This document shows positions 25,211 to 39,380 of a stretch of 64,000 bases of DNA, piece by piece; the stretch's first letter is position 1; each line of letters begins with the position of its first letter. The translations under genes and the position numbers were made by a program. Below the pieces are notes generated by a model. It did not search any database, was not told where the DNA came from, and worked only from the letters and a program-made list of their open reading frames with translations. Source of the DNA: Balanoglossus misakiensis (taxonomy: Eukaryota > Animalia > Hemichordata); NCBI GenBank assembly GCA_040954595.2, contig CM082592.2, forward strand, positions 10,192,731 through 10,256,730. The letters run 5' to 3'.

Positions 25211-28200
25211 TATTTTGCTGCAAAAAATTACAATTTTTTCAGCAAACAGGAAGTGATTGCATGACAAATATTACTGTTCGTTTGTTGTTATCTATTCCTC
25301 CAATTTCGACTCGTAGCGAAGGACGCCGCCTGTCGGCACTGAAGAGAAGCTATAACACTCGAAGCTAACACAGTCGACCGACGATGGCGCATTAAACTTG
25401 TGTTTTCTGTTTTCTGAGAGAACCGTGTTTGCAGAAAGCATGGGTAGACAACAGAATGACATATTACGTACGCCATGTTGTTAGGGAAACCAGGGAATCC
25501 ATGGCAATAAAAGAAACAAAGCTTAGGCCTGGCCTACATGCAGGCACGGTGCAAGAATGCCAAGGTTTGGTCGGGTAGGCAGACGTGATTATGAAGGGAA
25601 GATAATTTTCTATTCGAAGGTGCCCGATGTCTAACGAACAGTATTGTTGCAAAATGACAATATGTTTAATAGTAAATTAGAGAATACAGATTTGCGAGAC
25701 AAGATTATCATAATCTACGGGCGTTAGACTATTTAGTGCCAACAAGACAGGATTTACGCGGTCGTGCCTTTTTATGAAACACATAAATGTTTCATCTCCA
25801 CAAAGTATCTTCCTAAGGCCGATTCGAGTCTGAAAATTGAAATGTGAGACAAAAACGAGCCATTTTGGATGCGAGATGTGATTTTAAACGGGTTAAAATA
25901 AAAGCCTCTGACAAAGCAGTATTGATGTCGTATGCGTATGGCTTCTTAAGAAAGGGAAGTCACGATATTTTATTTGACAGGGCACGTTCATTTTTCTGCC
26001 TTAACCTGGTACCATGGTAACCAAGAAAAAAATCAGCTTCTGTAATGGCCTTTAATGGTTGTGAGCGCTCAATGACTTTTAGTTTCATTTTTTCCTCTGA
26101 CAGTACTCGTGCAGGTGTTTCGTGAACCCCCGGGTGAAAGAAAGCGAAGATGCATGGTGACATACAATTAAAGTTGACGTGTACAGTATAGGCCCTATAC
26201 CATGTGTATATAGTGGCTTCGAAAGACATGGAGAATAATATTCAGCTATGCGCAACAATTAACGATTTTCGGCTTTCTCTGGAGTCGAGTGTAAGGGAAG
26301 TAAGAAGTTCATGCACAGACAAAAATCTTCGTTCTGATGACTTGAAGCGGTCCGTAGGCCACCATCCTGTAAACTGTACATTTGTTTGCCACATATGGCG
26401 ATTCCATATGCCATATGAGACGAATGCACAACGGTAAAATATCAAGTTCGAATTTCAACAGGTTCCCCGGGTCCTTAATCTCAAATGTCACCGACATTTA
26501 GCGAGGGTGTGATTGCCGTGTTTTTGTCACGAAACAATTAAAGTGAACATCCCCTCGGCAAATAGTTTCATATTTCAACAGATTCTAGCTCATGATAGTT
26601 TGTGTTACCTTGACGGTAAATTAATAATTTAGTCTGGCTAGAAATTATACGGACGATATGTGAAGCAACGAGAATTCTTTATTCCTTTACGATTTAAGCC
26701 AAATGGTCAAAACGAACAAATACTTACTTGATGCACAGGAAATTAAGCAGGATTTTAGAATATTGAAGTCGCGACGTGTGGTGTGATTTCTTGTTACATA
26801 TTTGTGATGTCTATTTTTGTCACCTCACTGATTAAAATGCGAAATGCTTACGTCAATATTTTGGAACTAGCTGTGGTAACCTATATGGCAATTAAAGCAT
26901 TGTAGTATACATGGTAGAAATGGCGGCGGCATAAAATGGGTGCCTCTAATCCTTTTGTAATGAGGTCGACTGTAAATGTTGGTTCAGAAGGCACCGATTT
27001 CAAGATCTGAATTCAGAAAACGGTCTTTGCGCACGACGCGGCGTCGTAACTATCACCGGAGTGGCTGTAACAGATCCAACACCGTGCGTCACAAAAAACA
27101 ACTTTGTCACGTGTGTACATCCATCCATCCATCTACACAAACACATCGATTCCGAATCCAAAAACTGTTCACCTGCGTTCGGAGGTGTCTCGCACACGAC
27201 ATCATGGAGAACACATGAAATCTGAACTATCCAAGCCCGGCAGTCAAGATAGGAATCTATACAGGTCAGTATATAGTTTGTGTCTTTTTTGTCGTAGCGT
27301 ATTAGCAAAAATCATTGAGTTCCCAAGAAACGAAAATAATCTTACACCTTTCTTGCGCATTTTACTAGCATTGAAATAACTGGCCTTCGTAGCAAACTCA
27401 AATGGCAACCCGGGAAACGAGAAAGTAGAACAGCCTTTTATCTTTTGGAAACTATCCATAAACATTCAGCCAAGATACACAAACAGGTTAAATGCACTAA
27501 TCATCACCTACATCCATCCATCCACCAACACACACACTCATGCATACGTACATAAACACACATACATGTCCCTTGATAGGATATTGTCAGGGAAAAAACT
27601 GACGGATTTCAAGGAAACATCTCATCACAGAAGATTAGTTCCAACACATTATCCCCGGATGTTTTGTGTGTGGCTTGCTTTAAAAGGTTTCAATCAGAAC
27701 TAGTCTGTCAAATTTCGGGAAATAAAAAACATCTGAACGTTTCAAATGTAGAATTTCATTAGGAGCATTAGTTGCCACTTTTATATATAGTAACTTCATT
27801 AATTCTGAATATGCAAGGGATTTTACCTAGCTGGTTAATGTTCTTTTTCTTTGAACCAACACTGATGAGTGAATTTCTTGCCGAAATTGCGAAATAACAA
27901 AATTATTCCTTTTAATAGTCCCGTTCATGTGGGATAAATCACTAATACGGCAAAGAATGGACACATCACACTGGATTTTTTTTCAAATTGAGTTTGGGGA
28001 TTACTTTTTTCTCTTTGTCCGAGGTTTAAACCACTTTCGAATCTTGCTTGTAGAGTTAATTCATGTCACATAAATTGCCTAGATATATACATTGCCAATA
28101 AGTGGGAACATCAGAACACGGGGGCGTCATTGGGCGTTTCAATACAGATGAATACACGTTATCAATTTTAGCCTTTGCAAAAACTTACATGAAACTTTGA

Positions 28201-29603
28201 GTCTCGTGGACTTGTTCACGTTTTGTGGTCCACGTGGGCAATAGTTACGTATAGGTCTCTGTCGCCTTTACAGTTGAGTGCGTGTTTGTGTGTGTGTTTG
28301 TCTCGCATTGAATAAAGGAGCTAAGTAGATCCAGGGACTACTTCTGTGGTTTTATTAGATTACAAACATCTTCAATAATATAGAATTCAAATTTTGATCG
28401 AACGGAATACGATCCATCTCTGCGTAAACCATTCCACTTTTAATTGAATACAGTCGATAGTTATATCAACGTTACCATTACCGAGTAAATGAAAAATAGT
28501 CTAACTGCACGAACACAGATGGTATAACACACGCAAGTATGGCAAGTTAATTGCGTGTTGAATTTATTTATACTGGCCAGATAAACTTCTCTGTTTAGCG
28601 ACCATTCAGCCGTCGTCATTAGTCATCCGTGGTTTAATGATATTGTTACAAGTATATACAGCGTATTTGTGGATTACACGTGCAATCATTTTTGCAAACG
28701 AGATTCAATAAACACCCAATTTATCACCAGGTTCAAATATCCAATTACTGTAGTGAGCCCTGTCGCAATTTGAATTTATAACTACTAGTATTTCTAAAAT
28801 GTTATTGCATGCAGTGCATGGCTAGTGCACCTTGCTCGAATAACCATGCCAGTTAATTTGCATGATGCGTTGATGGATAACCAATAGGATTTCTTTGCCC
28901 GGATTCAAATTAAAATTCTTCCGTGGATATTTTGCAAAGTTCTGTCACGTGTACTGCCATTCAAAGTCAAAATCAGCAAGACAGCTGTGCAGACCTCGCG
29001 GCGCGGTAGCGGATTTCTATTTCTCAGAATTGACCAGAAATCAGGGTAAAGACGTCATCCCCAGCGGTCACTGCGTAACATATACTTGCAATGGACTTTC
29101 TTTTCTGTCACAGATTAAGTTTATTCTGTCATAATACAAGATTAGCGCGAACACTGTCCATTGAATACTGCAATCCTGTAGGATTTTTCTTGCCGCGTAA
29201 TTATAGTAATCTTATGTGAGTTCACCTGCTTGATGTTTCGCGACTCGCGAGAATGCTACGAACATAAAAATAGGATATTAATCCCAAATGCATATGCGAG
29301 ACAGATTAACAGTCCATCCCAAGCATCTCACAAATCTTCTCACGTTTTATTACACTGTCATATCTTTCCCGTTTCAGATTCAAATCACAAAATATTGTTT
29401 CACCGAGAGGAAAACAAAATGCACCAAAACCAGTACATATTGACAACTGATCATAAGCACGTTCTCCAAAGCCAGAAGACGAGCGACCTTTTATGGACGA
29501 AGCCCGGAGACAAATCCACCGTGTGATAGAATTACATGTACTCGGATTCTTGTGAGTCTTCAGACTAACCCACGTCGTGACAAAACCAGGAGTTAGTATC
29601 ATC

Positions 29604-31268
29604 ATGGCTGGCATCGACGGTTTTCCAAACCGCATCAATTTGACCGATACACCTGGCGATTCCTTCAACGAAGAATTCGCGACGTCGATGGATTCGAATC
29701 AGGATCTTTTCCGCACGACGTACTTCCCAGGTGCGGCGGCACACAACTCTACCGAAGAACCGGTTCTTGGAAGCGATACCACAACTCGGTTGACAGAGGA
29801 ATTGTCATCAAGATTTTCGGACGCAACCAGTGACTTCGTGACGCAATCGATGTGGTGGACACGTACTCAGGACTCCTGCAAGTCACTGATGCCTTTTCAG
29901 AACTTAATTTCCGCTGAAGTAAACACACCAGTGGTTGCTGACGACCAACTTCTGTCTAATCATGCGAATTGGACAGGGGACAACAACGACCCTGAAGCGT
30001 CACCAGCCTTAATAACCATTTGCATCATAATTTGCCTACTGACCATCGTTGGTAATATTTTGATCATTATTTCGGTGAGAATCGAGCGCCGGCTGCGAAA
30101 AGCAAGCAATCTGTTGATAATCAGCTTAGCCGTTGCCGACCTGATTGTCGGAATAACCGTCATGCCTTTTTTCTCCGTGTACGTCGTTCTTGGGTATTGG
30201 CCTCTGGGGGCGCTGATGTGTGACGTGTGGATATCGCTTGATTTTATGTGCTGTACTGCGTCTATGCTGAATATCTGCGCAATCACATTTGACAGATACC
30301 TGGCGGTTAGCAGACCCTTGAAATACTTCAAAGGTCGTTCGAAAAGAAAAGCGGTCGTCAAAATAGCAGTGGTGTGGATTGTATCCGCCCTATGCTGGAT
30401 TCCTGCCATCGTGGTCTGGCGGATAATTTCGGGCAAATCCGGAGATTCCGACTGTCTCTACCTGCCCCACCCGACGTATGTCCTCGTGTCGTCTGTGGTC
30501 ATCTACTATTTGCCCATAGTTGTCATGGTGATACTGATCATCCTGGTTTATCTCGAGGTGCGACGGAGGCTGACCAGAAACACCGCTCTATTCAAGCAGT
30601 CGCCAAGGCAACCGGATGTCGCGACGGTAACCAGTTCCCCGATTACCGACAACGATGCCATGGTGACGAGAACCAGCTATATCGTGACTAAACTCGATAC
30701 AGACTCGTTTGCCAGGAACGCCTTCAGCAAGAAGAATCAACGCCTAACGCTGTCCCTGCAATCATTCGCCATCATTGACGATTACTCCTTTCATAACCCG
30801 TTGGCGGACAAAACAGAAACCGATGTTGATGACGAAGAGGGCGCACAAATCGAAGACAGCGAAATGTTTCAAGCAGAACCCGTTTCTGACAGACACCCCC
30901 AAAAATGTGATAACCACGAGAAACTAAAGCAGAACCCCCAATACAGTCAGACTATGCGCAGACTCGCATTGCACAGACGCACGGCACAAACCCTCAGTGT
31001 TGTAATCACCGCCTTCCTGGCGTGCTGGTTGCTATTCGTCATCCTGTTTCCAATCAACGCCTTCTGTGACTGCGTTCCCGTCCACCTGTACAACGCTTCG
31101 TACTGGCTCGCCTACACCAACTCTGCTCTGAACCCGTTCCTCTACGTGTTCGTCAACAAAGATTTCAGACGGGCTTTTAAGAGGATCTTCCGCGGCAGAT
31201 GTCATGTGGCGAAGAGTTCATCTCTTGGTCATGATATTACCATCAATTCTGTATCGACACACAAGTAG
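29604..31268 (+). CDS. Intronless aminergic class A GPCR (histamine H1/muscarinic-like)
   Basis: Seven TM segments with GN (TM1), SLAVADLIVG (TM2), WPLG and CDVWISLDFMCCTAS (D3.32), DRY, a long ICL3, and YWLAYTNSALNPFLY (TM7). The first ATG is at 29604; the ORF track starts at GTG 29577. Confidence 0.93.
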   Translation: MAGIDGFPNRINLTDTPGDSFNEEFATSMDSNQDLFRTTYFPGAAAHNSTEEPVLGSDTTTRLTEELSSRFSDATSDFVTQSMWWTRTQDSCKSLMPFQNLISAEVNTPVVADDQLLSNHANWTGDNNDPEASPALITICIIICLLTIVGNILIIISVRIERRLRKASNLLIISLAVADLIVGITVMPFFSVYVVLGYWPLGALMCDVWISLDFMCCTASMLNICAITFDRYLAVSRPLKYFKGRSKRKAVVKIAVVWIVSALCWIPAIVVWRIISGKSGDSDCLYLPHPTYVLVSSVVIYYLPIVVMVILIILVYLEVRRRLTRNTALFKQSPRQPDVATVTSSPITDNDAMVTRTSYIVTKLDTDSFARNAFSKKNQRLTLSLQSFAIIDDYSFHNPLADKTETDVDDEEGAQIEDSEMFQAEPVSDRHPQKCDNHEKLKQNPQYSQTMRRLALHRRTAQTLSVVITAFLACWLLFVILFPINAFCDCVPVHLYNASYWLAYTNSALNPFLYVFVNKDFRRAFKRIFRGRCHVAKSSSLGHDITINSVSTHK

Positions 31269-34200
31269 TAGAAATAGTAACCCTTACTAGAAAATAAATT
31301 AGACCTTGATACCTAAGTGTTTTTGAAAGTAAAAACATTACAACTGTCTTGTTGTAGACACCGATGGGTCAAATAGTAAAAATAGTTGTCCTGCCAAAAC
31401 ACATACAGTGTACATTGTACCATATATTATCACAGTGTCTTTTGGAACTGAATGCAGACGACGACCCACAGGGAAAATAAATATTAACCCTATATCTCCT
31501 TTAAAATCAAATACTTATTTTTAAAGTTAATACTTTTATAAATATGGATATTTGTTAATAATTATAGGTAGTTTACTTAAATAATACTCAACTGCACTGC
31601 AGTCCACATTTAAAATCAAATAAGCTTACTGCAACTAAAGTAGGCCTCCCGTGTTGGCCTTAACCTTATAGAATGTATCCATATACAGTTTATTAATTAA
31701 ATGTTACTCTTCTTCAAATATTATCGTTTTAAATCATGATCCCAGCTCAATCATAAATTCCACCTTGACGATAATATTCCTAACTTTAAAAGCCTTTACT
31801 CGTCAATCATTGAGCCCGTAATGCGCTGTTCTGTTTTAAAAGTTGTTTAACCATTCAAGATACTCACATTCACTCACTGTTATTTATTTTTGGCTTTATT
31901 ACCAGTTTTTAAATATATTTAATTGAATTAGTGCTCACAGTGCTTGAGAGTTAAATCAGCTGTGGTTTGTTTGACAATGTCATAAATTTCGTAATATTAT
32001 ATGTACGACAAATTGATGTAGCAGACATGAAGTAGGCTATGCTCTTCCGAGATAAAAACACTCCATAGTTCGCTGGGTATACTAAACGTGTTCACACGCA
32101 GAGTATCAATCTGCCATATTGCCAACAGATGAAACAAATTCAGTTTTGTCGGCAACTTTATGTTCGTTCATGTTAGTCAAAACATTGAGGAACAGTTTAG
32201 GGGAAAACGTGGTCGGCGCGTAGGGATTTGGTACACAGAAAGGGAGAGCGTCCGCAAGGTAAGATGTGCTGTGGTTTTCGAATAACTAACCGAAAAATAG
32301 TTCCGACCTGACAGATGTGTAGACCGAGAGGCAGGCAGACAGACACACAGAGTTTTGGTTTTGGGCAGACAAACAGACACCACCACAGAACGACTATGAA
32401 AAAATCAATAGTACAGAATGAGTTCAATGACGTCCTCTTGAAAATGAATTTTTCGTACGGTATTTGATTCCATGATTAATTTCCTACATTAAACTTTAGT
32501 TGAAGTGGCAGATAATGTTTCAGTGGTTTCTATTCTTAGCCAGTGTCTGTCGGAAAACACATTTTTCATGCCATCGGGGCCATCAGCACCCATTCATAAT
32601 TTTCCCACTTTCAAGTGATCTTGTCGGCCGCTATGATATAAATCTTGCCAGAGTCAATCCGTTTGCAATAGTGCGCGAGTGTCTCTGGTTTAACATTTAC
32701 TGATATTTACCATGAATGCTGTATGTGTGTCCATGTCATCAAATATTGTATCAGATAATTCAAATATTTGCTTTCCTTGTGATGTGAGTTTTGTCATTTC
32801 AATATACAGAAATATCACTGGCAGAGGAACTTGGACTTGAGGAAATTATGTGTAATTAAAATATACGAATAACTGCAATTTAGTTTGTTATGTGTGTACA
32901 TGTATGTACATGTATCGCATTTGCATTTGCCAAATGTTACACTTTCCCGTGGAGAAAAGTTGTATGTGACCGTGCTAACTGCACTTCCTTTCCCACGACA
33001 TTGTGACTTTGTCTCTGCGGCCAGACGTACCTTCAACTGATTTTGAGAGTTTAAAAGACCTAATAAGTTGATGGAATAATTTGATGTTTGGCATGCACAT
33101 ACCACACTCCCGATAAACATCTGAAAACGGATATAGAACCACAGACACTTGGAGTGTCTGTAATAGAAATGTTTCGTACGGGTGATTTTCACGGCTTGTT
33201 TCGACATCTGATATCAAAGACAAGTACACGAAGGAAGAAAGTTAATTATTTATCGGTTTGGTTTCCCTCCAACGATTGGCATTCGTGCTCACTCGCGCGA
33301 CCACACAATCACGTTGACGTTCAGATTTACGACCGACTTTATATTAATAGCCCTACCCTAGCAGCGCTTAAAAGTTTCTAACGCAGAATGGTGTACGAAT
33401 ACGTCAAGCACCACATCGAGATCTATTGCGCCAAACTGGATGGTCAAAATCGATACACGAAACATTCGCTCTGACCCGTACCAACGTAAGCGACCGAACA
33501 GAAGATTTCACGCTAGATTTGAGATGCTGTGACCACGATCTATAAATAAGGGTCATTTCTGTAGTTGCCCATTCCCCCTGAAAGGAATCGTGTTCCACAA
33601 CAACTGTTCCGTCGCCTAAAGAATTCACATCAACAACAATTTTGCCATCACAAGCGACAATAATTTGACCCTTATACTACTAACAAAACTTTAAACGATA
33701 TACTGTAGTTATAATTATGGGCACTCAACCTTAACTCTGATACAAAACCAAAACTCAAGCGGCGAAACACGAAACATTGACGGAAAAACGTGAAGGTCCA
33801 CTTGTGGCTATGTATAATGCAAAGAGCGACCACCTGAGATGAAGAGAAAAGAACACATAAGCCAGTTGCAAAATCACGACCACGTCGCTTGGTGACGCTC
33901 TTCAAACTCTGGTCATTAACCTTCATGGACATCCGTGGGAGAACTTGTTTCAGTGGTCGAAGACGGGTGTTCCTGGTAGCTGCGGAGTCCACAGGTCAGC
34001 TTAAATTCTGTTTTATTTGTGTGGTACTATTTGTGTGAATTTGTGTGACTTTCTCACCCTGATTCTGTTGAAAGGAGGGCGAATTGTGGAGAGCGAACGA
34101 TATACTGTTCTGTTCTTCTATCACAGACAGGGCACTCGCCAGTTTTAATATCCCACCGTTGTTCACAGTCATTCAATGTCGGGGTTACTTGGGGCATGAC

Positions 34201-37200
34201 AATCGGTTTTCTTGTTGGTTTGTACACTGGTGCATAGCCACTGGTCACAGATGTGTTGTTTCGATGAAAAGTCGTCCTGGGTTTGTAGAAGACAGACATG
34301 GGACGTACAGGCAATCGATTGTTCATTGAAATTCCTTCCTTTTGAGTTCGTATGTAATCTGCTGGCGGAATTACTCGAGTATGTCGTTTGGAATTTTGCG
34401 TTTAGATGTCCGACGGATGTTGTTTTTTGCCTGGTTTCTGGTTTCATGTATCTGAAGGTAATGTGAAATGACTTGAATGTAATAGTAGGCCATTGATTCA
34501 TCCGATCTATGAGGATTTCTGCACTAAATTTCCACACGCTCAGAATGCCATGTCCACTGCCATGTACACACATGCATACCTGACTGGAGTAGAGTAAGGG
34601 AGAGCATATCAACGAGCATATCTCGAGACTGGGTAAACGAAAGAGTTTCACTACCTGTTTTTGTTATAAGCGAATTGCCGCCGTTAAATTGCATTGGGTT
34701 GTGAAAATGGCAACTTGGAAGTGTTAAGCATATAGTCATGATAGTAAAGTTTTTACAAATAGTCGTTAATAAAATGTTACAGCTCTTTCAAAACTCTGAG
34801 ATATATGATCATAAACACGGTATGGGGAAATTGAATTTATCGCAATGGCAAATTTGATTGTTCCCGTTTTTCACAGAGTCGCGATGGTTTCACTCACGTC
34901 ATGTTTTGTTTTCATATTAGACAGAAGCTATTTATTGTACAGAAAAAATCCATAGAAAGTTGTAAGGTAATGTAATAAACCCTGAAAAATTAAATATCCA
35001 TTAAGATGACAGAAGTCACGTTTGAAACTAGGTCATCGCAGGCATTGCCTGCTACCAGGCTATGTTCTATATCCTACGAAAAATGTAAAGCGTTTAAGTA
35101 AACCATCTGCATATGTCGACGTGTTGATCTAGATGACACATTTGGTTGAGCAAACTGCACCGAACGACAATCTGTGTTCGGATTTTTTTTATCACACAGT
35201 GACAAATTCGTTGAAAATTTCTGTATGATATCACCAAGTTATTATTTATTAACATGATGAGAACCTAATACTCTTGTGGATTTCTGTCGTACGTGACCCG
35301 CCTGCATGCAGGTGTGAGAATCTATGGTATCACTAATGAAGGCCTGCAGTTACGCGCTTCTGAGAGAACTACATTGATTTCTGTAATTCTTGATTAATTA
35401 TCAGTGCGACTCGGGAGTATTATGTACACAGCGTCACGTGACCTAACATTCTGGAGAGGGTGCATTTCCTGTAGGGCACTATATTACATGGAAAGGCTTT
35501 TATAACCTCGTTTGGCATTTCTTTCGCTAGTCATCAACTTTTCTCTCTTACACAGACAATACTCAAAGGAAAGGACGAGATAATTTAGTACAAGCAAAAT
35601 ATTTAGCTACAGTTACAAATTATCTAAAAATCGGTTGTCATTTTACACATCTTGTGCGAAATATCAAACTTTACTAAGTCGGTGAGACTACACAAAATTA
35701 AAGCGCGCATGTATGCTTTTCACTTAGGTCAAGGAAGCTTCGAGAAACGTTAGAGTAAAACATTAACAACCTAGTATAGGTTCCTATGACTAGAATGTGC
35801 ACAATCAGAAAGGTACAACTATACCGTCCGTCTCTTAGAACAGGACTTTCTGGTCACTGCACTTATAAGCGCAACACACGTGCGATAGCGATCAATTAAA
35901 CTTAAATCCCTTGTGATAGCATTCTGCTTTGTGAGAGAGTCAAGATACATACTCGAAATGGAAAGTGAATGCGATACATGATCGGGGTAACGGAGATTCG
36001 GACATCGTGTGTATTTTAAAGATTTGTGAAACAAAGCTCTCCTTTCCAGCTCAGCTGACCTATCACTAATTGTCATGCAATGGGTCGTACCGCAAAGCCA
36101 CGAAGAGCCAAATATTTCACTTTCTCCAAAACTGAGCTTTTCTCCATCACGTATGCATGATGTCATATGAGGAAACGTTTAAAGCAAGCTTGGTGGTCTG
36201 GCGACAATATTTGATCCTGTTTGGTAGTGCGAAAAGTTCCCTGTATTTGGGAAACGCATTTCTTAGAACTTCGTCTCCAAAAAAACCCACAGTGCAAAAA
36301 CAAAATTCGATTTGCGTGCTTTCCAGCAGTGTCTGGATTGTCGACGACGTGTCCACCAAAACATATCACTTCAACGCACTGATAAACACGTTAATAAAAA
36401 ATTAACGGAATTCAATCAGGGGTTTTTCCTGAAATAAAAGGTAAGCATTTACATTATCTGTCCCTGCAAAACACTTGACTGTAATTTGTTGTTGGCCATT
36501 GCCATGCAGTATAATAACAACGTCAATATTTGAATAAACCGAAATTTTGGGTACACACTTTGGCGGAGTTACGAGAACTCCATATAAAGCGAAAAGTCTC
36601 ATTGTTACGAGGAATAATCGGTACCTGTTATAGGCGAACTCGTATTTCTTTCTTGCTTAGAGGCAATATTCGGGTAATTGAGCAAAGTTTCCTCCGACAC
36701 TGAGATTAATACGATACATTCTGCTGGATACCCAATCCTTGCTGCCAGAACGTATGAGGTAAGCTATTTTTTTTATAAAAACAGTTATGGAGTTTCATAG
36801 TACACTTTTGTACTTGTTTGAATTTGTATTGACTGTATTTTCGAATTCGGATTTTCTGTAATTCAGAAATCTGGTCCGATGAATGCAGGTTGGAAATCCA
36901 AGGCCATTTGTTTCACGTTGTGTTTGTTCGGCAAACTGTAATGAAACGATAGTGTTCAAAGCCTTGACCACAACATTTGTGAATGGAAACTTATTCAGAT
37001 CTGGATCAATGCCTGCAGGCTTTGGTAATTGTCAACAACACTAAAACATATGTTTCAAAATTTTTGATAAAGCTAAGCCTTTGTATGATACATACAAGCT
37101 GGTATAAACAGATTCTCAAAACAAGAAATGAAAATCACCTTGGCCTAAGCGTTGTACTACCAAGTGCATGGGGGTCAAATTCGTACACTCACATCGACTA

Positions 37201-39073
37201 GTGTACAGTCGCAGATGCCGAGCACGTCAGGTTACGCCCATAACTGTACAGGTTAGTCCGAACTTTATAATCGTAACACGATTTTGGTTATATGGCAAAC
37301 AGGGTTCTAGTAAAGAATACATTTATTTTAAATTTTTAATGATACATCCCCCTCCAATACTGTCAGACGAACTGAAGTTGCTTGGCGCCAAAATAGCCAT
37401 ATATTAAAACTTCGTGGTACTTCACTATGAAAAGTACTCCATTGTTCCTGTGAACTAGATGTGTAGGTAAATCCACCTGTCTTTACCTAGCAACTAACCG
37501 AAATGGATTTGTTGTTTTTATCAATTATTGCATTTTGATTCCCAGTAATTAGATAATTGGCTATCTGGGTCGCACTGTGCTCGTGCGATTATCGAGAAAT
37601 TAAACAAAATTGAAGAGGTTAGTAAGCGTTGATGAATTAATGGTTTGTGTGCCTAGCTGCGAAGCGCAAATGGATGGCTTGGATGAAATTGAATTTTAGT
37701 CGGGAAATTGTCATAATTCTTGGATGATTCAGTAAACTTACAAAAGCTATAACAATATATTCCTCCAATAATTTAATCACACTCTGTCCTATATTTGATA
37801 TTCGATTTGATTTGATTATTTTAATCTTTATTTAAACTCGATAAATCCATCGGTTTCAGAAACCCCTTTTCCATGAAAATGTCCCTGGTTCCTAACTTGC
37901 CAACTCTATAATGGAAAGTTTCGTTTCTTGTTTAGAGTACACGATCTATTCATATACTAGCCATATCTGCTTCTTAGTTTTTAAAATAATAAACCGGTAA
38001 TCAAAATAGCGATAGTGTGCTTCATAAATATGCCGCGGGCTCTCTGTAATTGCGTGCCCATGGAAACCGGAACAAAAATACAATTAGTCTTTTTCAAAAG
38101 TCAAAGGGCTAACCCATATACCGGTGCCTATTATAACAATCCAAAATTGAAGTTTCGATCTCTTGAATAAGGTTTTGTGAAATAAGTCGTTACCACTGTT
38201 ATATGGATTGCTTGTACAAACATTTCTTTTCTATTCGTTCGAAAGGTTTCAGTGCCCTACTTTATACCACCCAGTCATCGCTTTCAATGAAGGCTTCTGA
38301 TTCTCTTTAATCGAACCACCTTATAAAGAAATCGGAAATGGCATGAACCAGTAACGTGTTACTGCAGCGTACGTTCTTTTGAACTGCCTGCGTATATGTT
38401 CCACAATACTGACAGATTTGCCGTGTGATTTTTTCCCGCGCGCAAAGCAGAGTTGTTAAAACCACAATGGTGTACGTGTATCAATATAACATAATGTGCT
38501 CTATTTCCGCCCTCTAATGAATTTTACCCATTTTCTATAACGACATTACATCTCCTGTTCTGTCTTGTTATGTTTTCCCTCTGTGCTTTCGCCACATACG
38601 AGGTCATTTGCGGTTCACCCTAATTTGTGTCAGGTCTAATTTGTGAGTCGACCGATTTGGTTTTTGATATCGCTTTAGTTCAGGTTATTTTCCGAAAGGC
38701 TATGGAGCACAATTGGAAATAGAACGTACAACGCTAATTGAACATTCAGTTGGTCGGAAGGTAATGTCGACGTTTTATTGCATATGTCTGTATTTGGATT
38801 ACGTAGCAAACATATGTCACTGGTTGACACGGAGCTGAGTATGTAGGTCTTGCACGGCCCATCTTGTATAGAGCCATAGCGGACACGATGTCATGACTCG
38901 TGTGAGCATATAGAGTATATCATCAAAGCCTAGCTTTAAATGCCAAATATCTTGCCCCAAGACATTCAAAATACGGATTTTGTTTGTTGTTGGAAACATA
39001 TCCTTGTTGAGAGCAAAGGCTGTCAATAATTGAGTAGGATGTATCGAAGAATAGTTTAACTAGAGGCAAAATT

Positions 39074-39380
39074 AACAACAAGAATAAGAAGAAAGGAGAT
39101 TTATACTGCGCCTCATCTCGAAATGGAGCTCTAGGGGAAGAACAGGGTAATACTACTCAGAAAAGAAGCGTATTTTGAGAGCACTGCGGCATAAATTACG
39201 TGAATTTAAGTGGCGGATATTGATAGGACGGTTGTTCCAATTTTGCCGACCTGAATGAGAGAAATATCTTTCATCTAAGGATCTTGTCACAGTGTGTGGT
39301 ATCTGATGAAGAGCGTAATGTCCAGAAGGTGTATACTTTCGCAGAAGGATCAGAGAGGTAATGTCGTCCAGTCCCCAAAA
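39074..39380 (-). mobile_element. Degenerate 3' end of an L2/CR1-clade LINE
   Basis: The minus strand encodes ..TLRSSSD.. then WNNRPINIRHLNSRNLCRSALKIRFF*, resembling the LINE ORF2 C-terminal consensus WNxLPxxIRxxxSxxxFKxxLKTxLF. It is followed by GGCGCAGTATAAAT and a short TTC/TTA-type tail typical of L2 3' ends. Confidence 0.6.
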
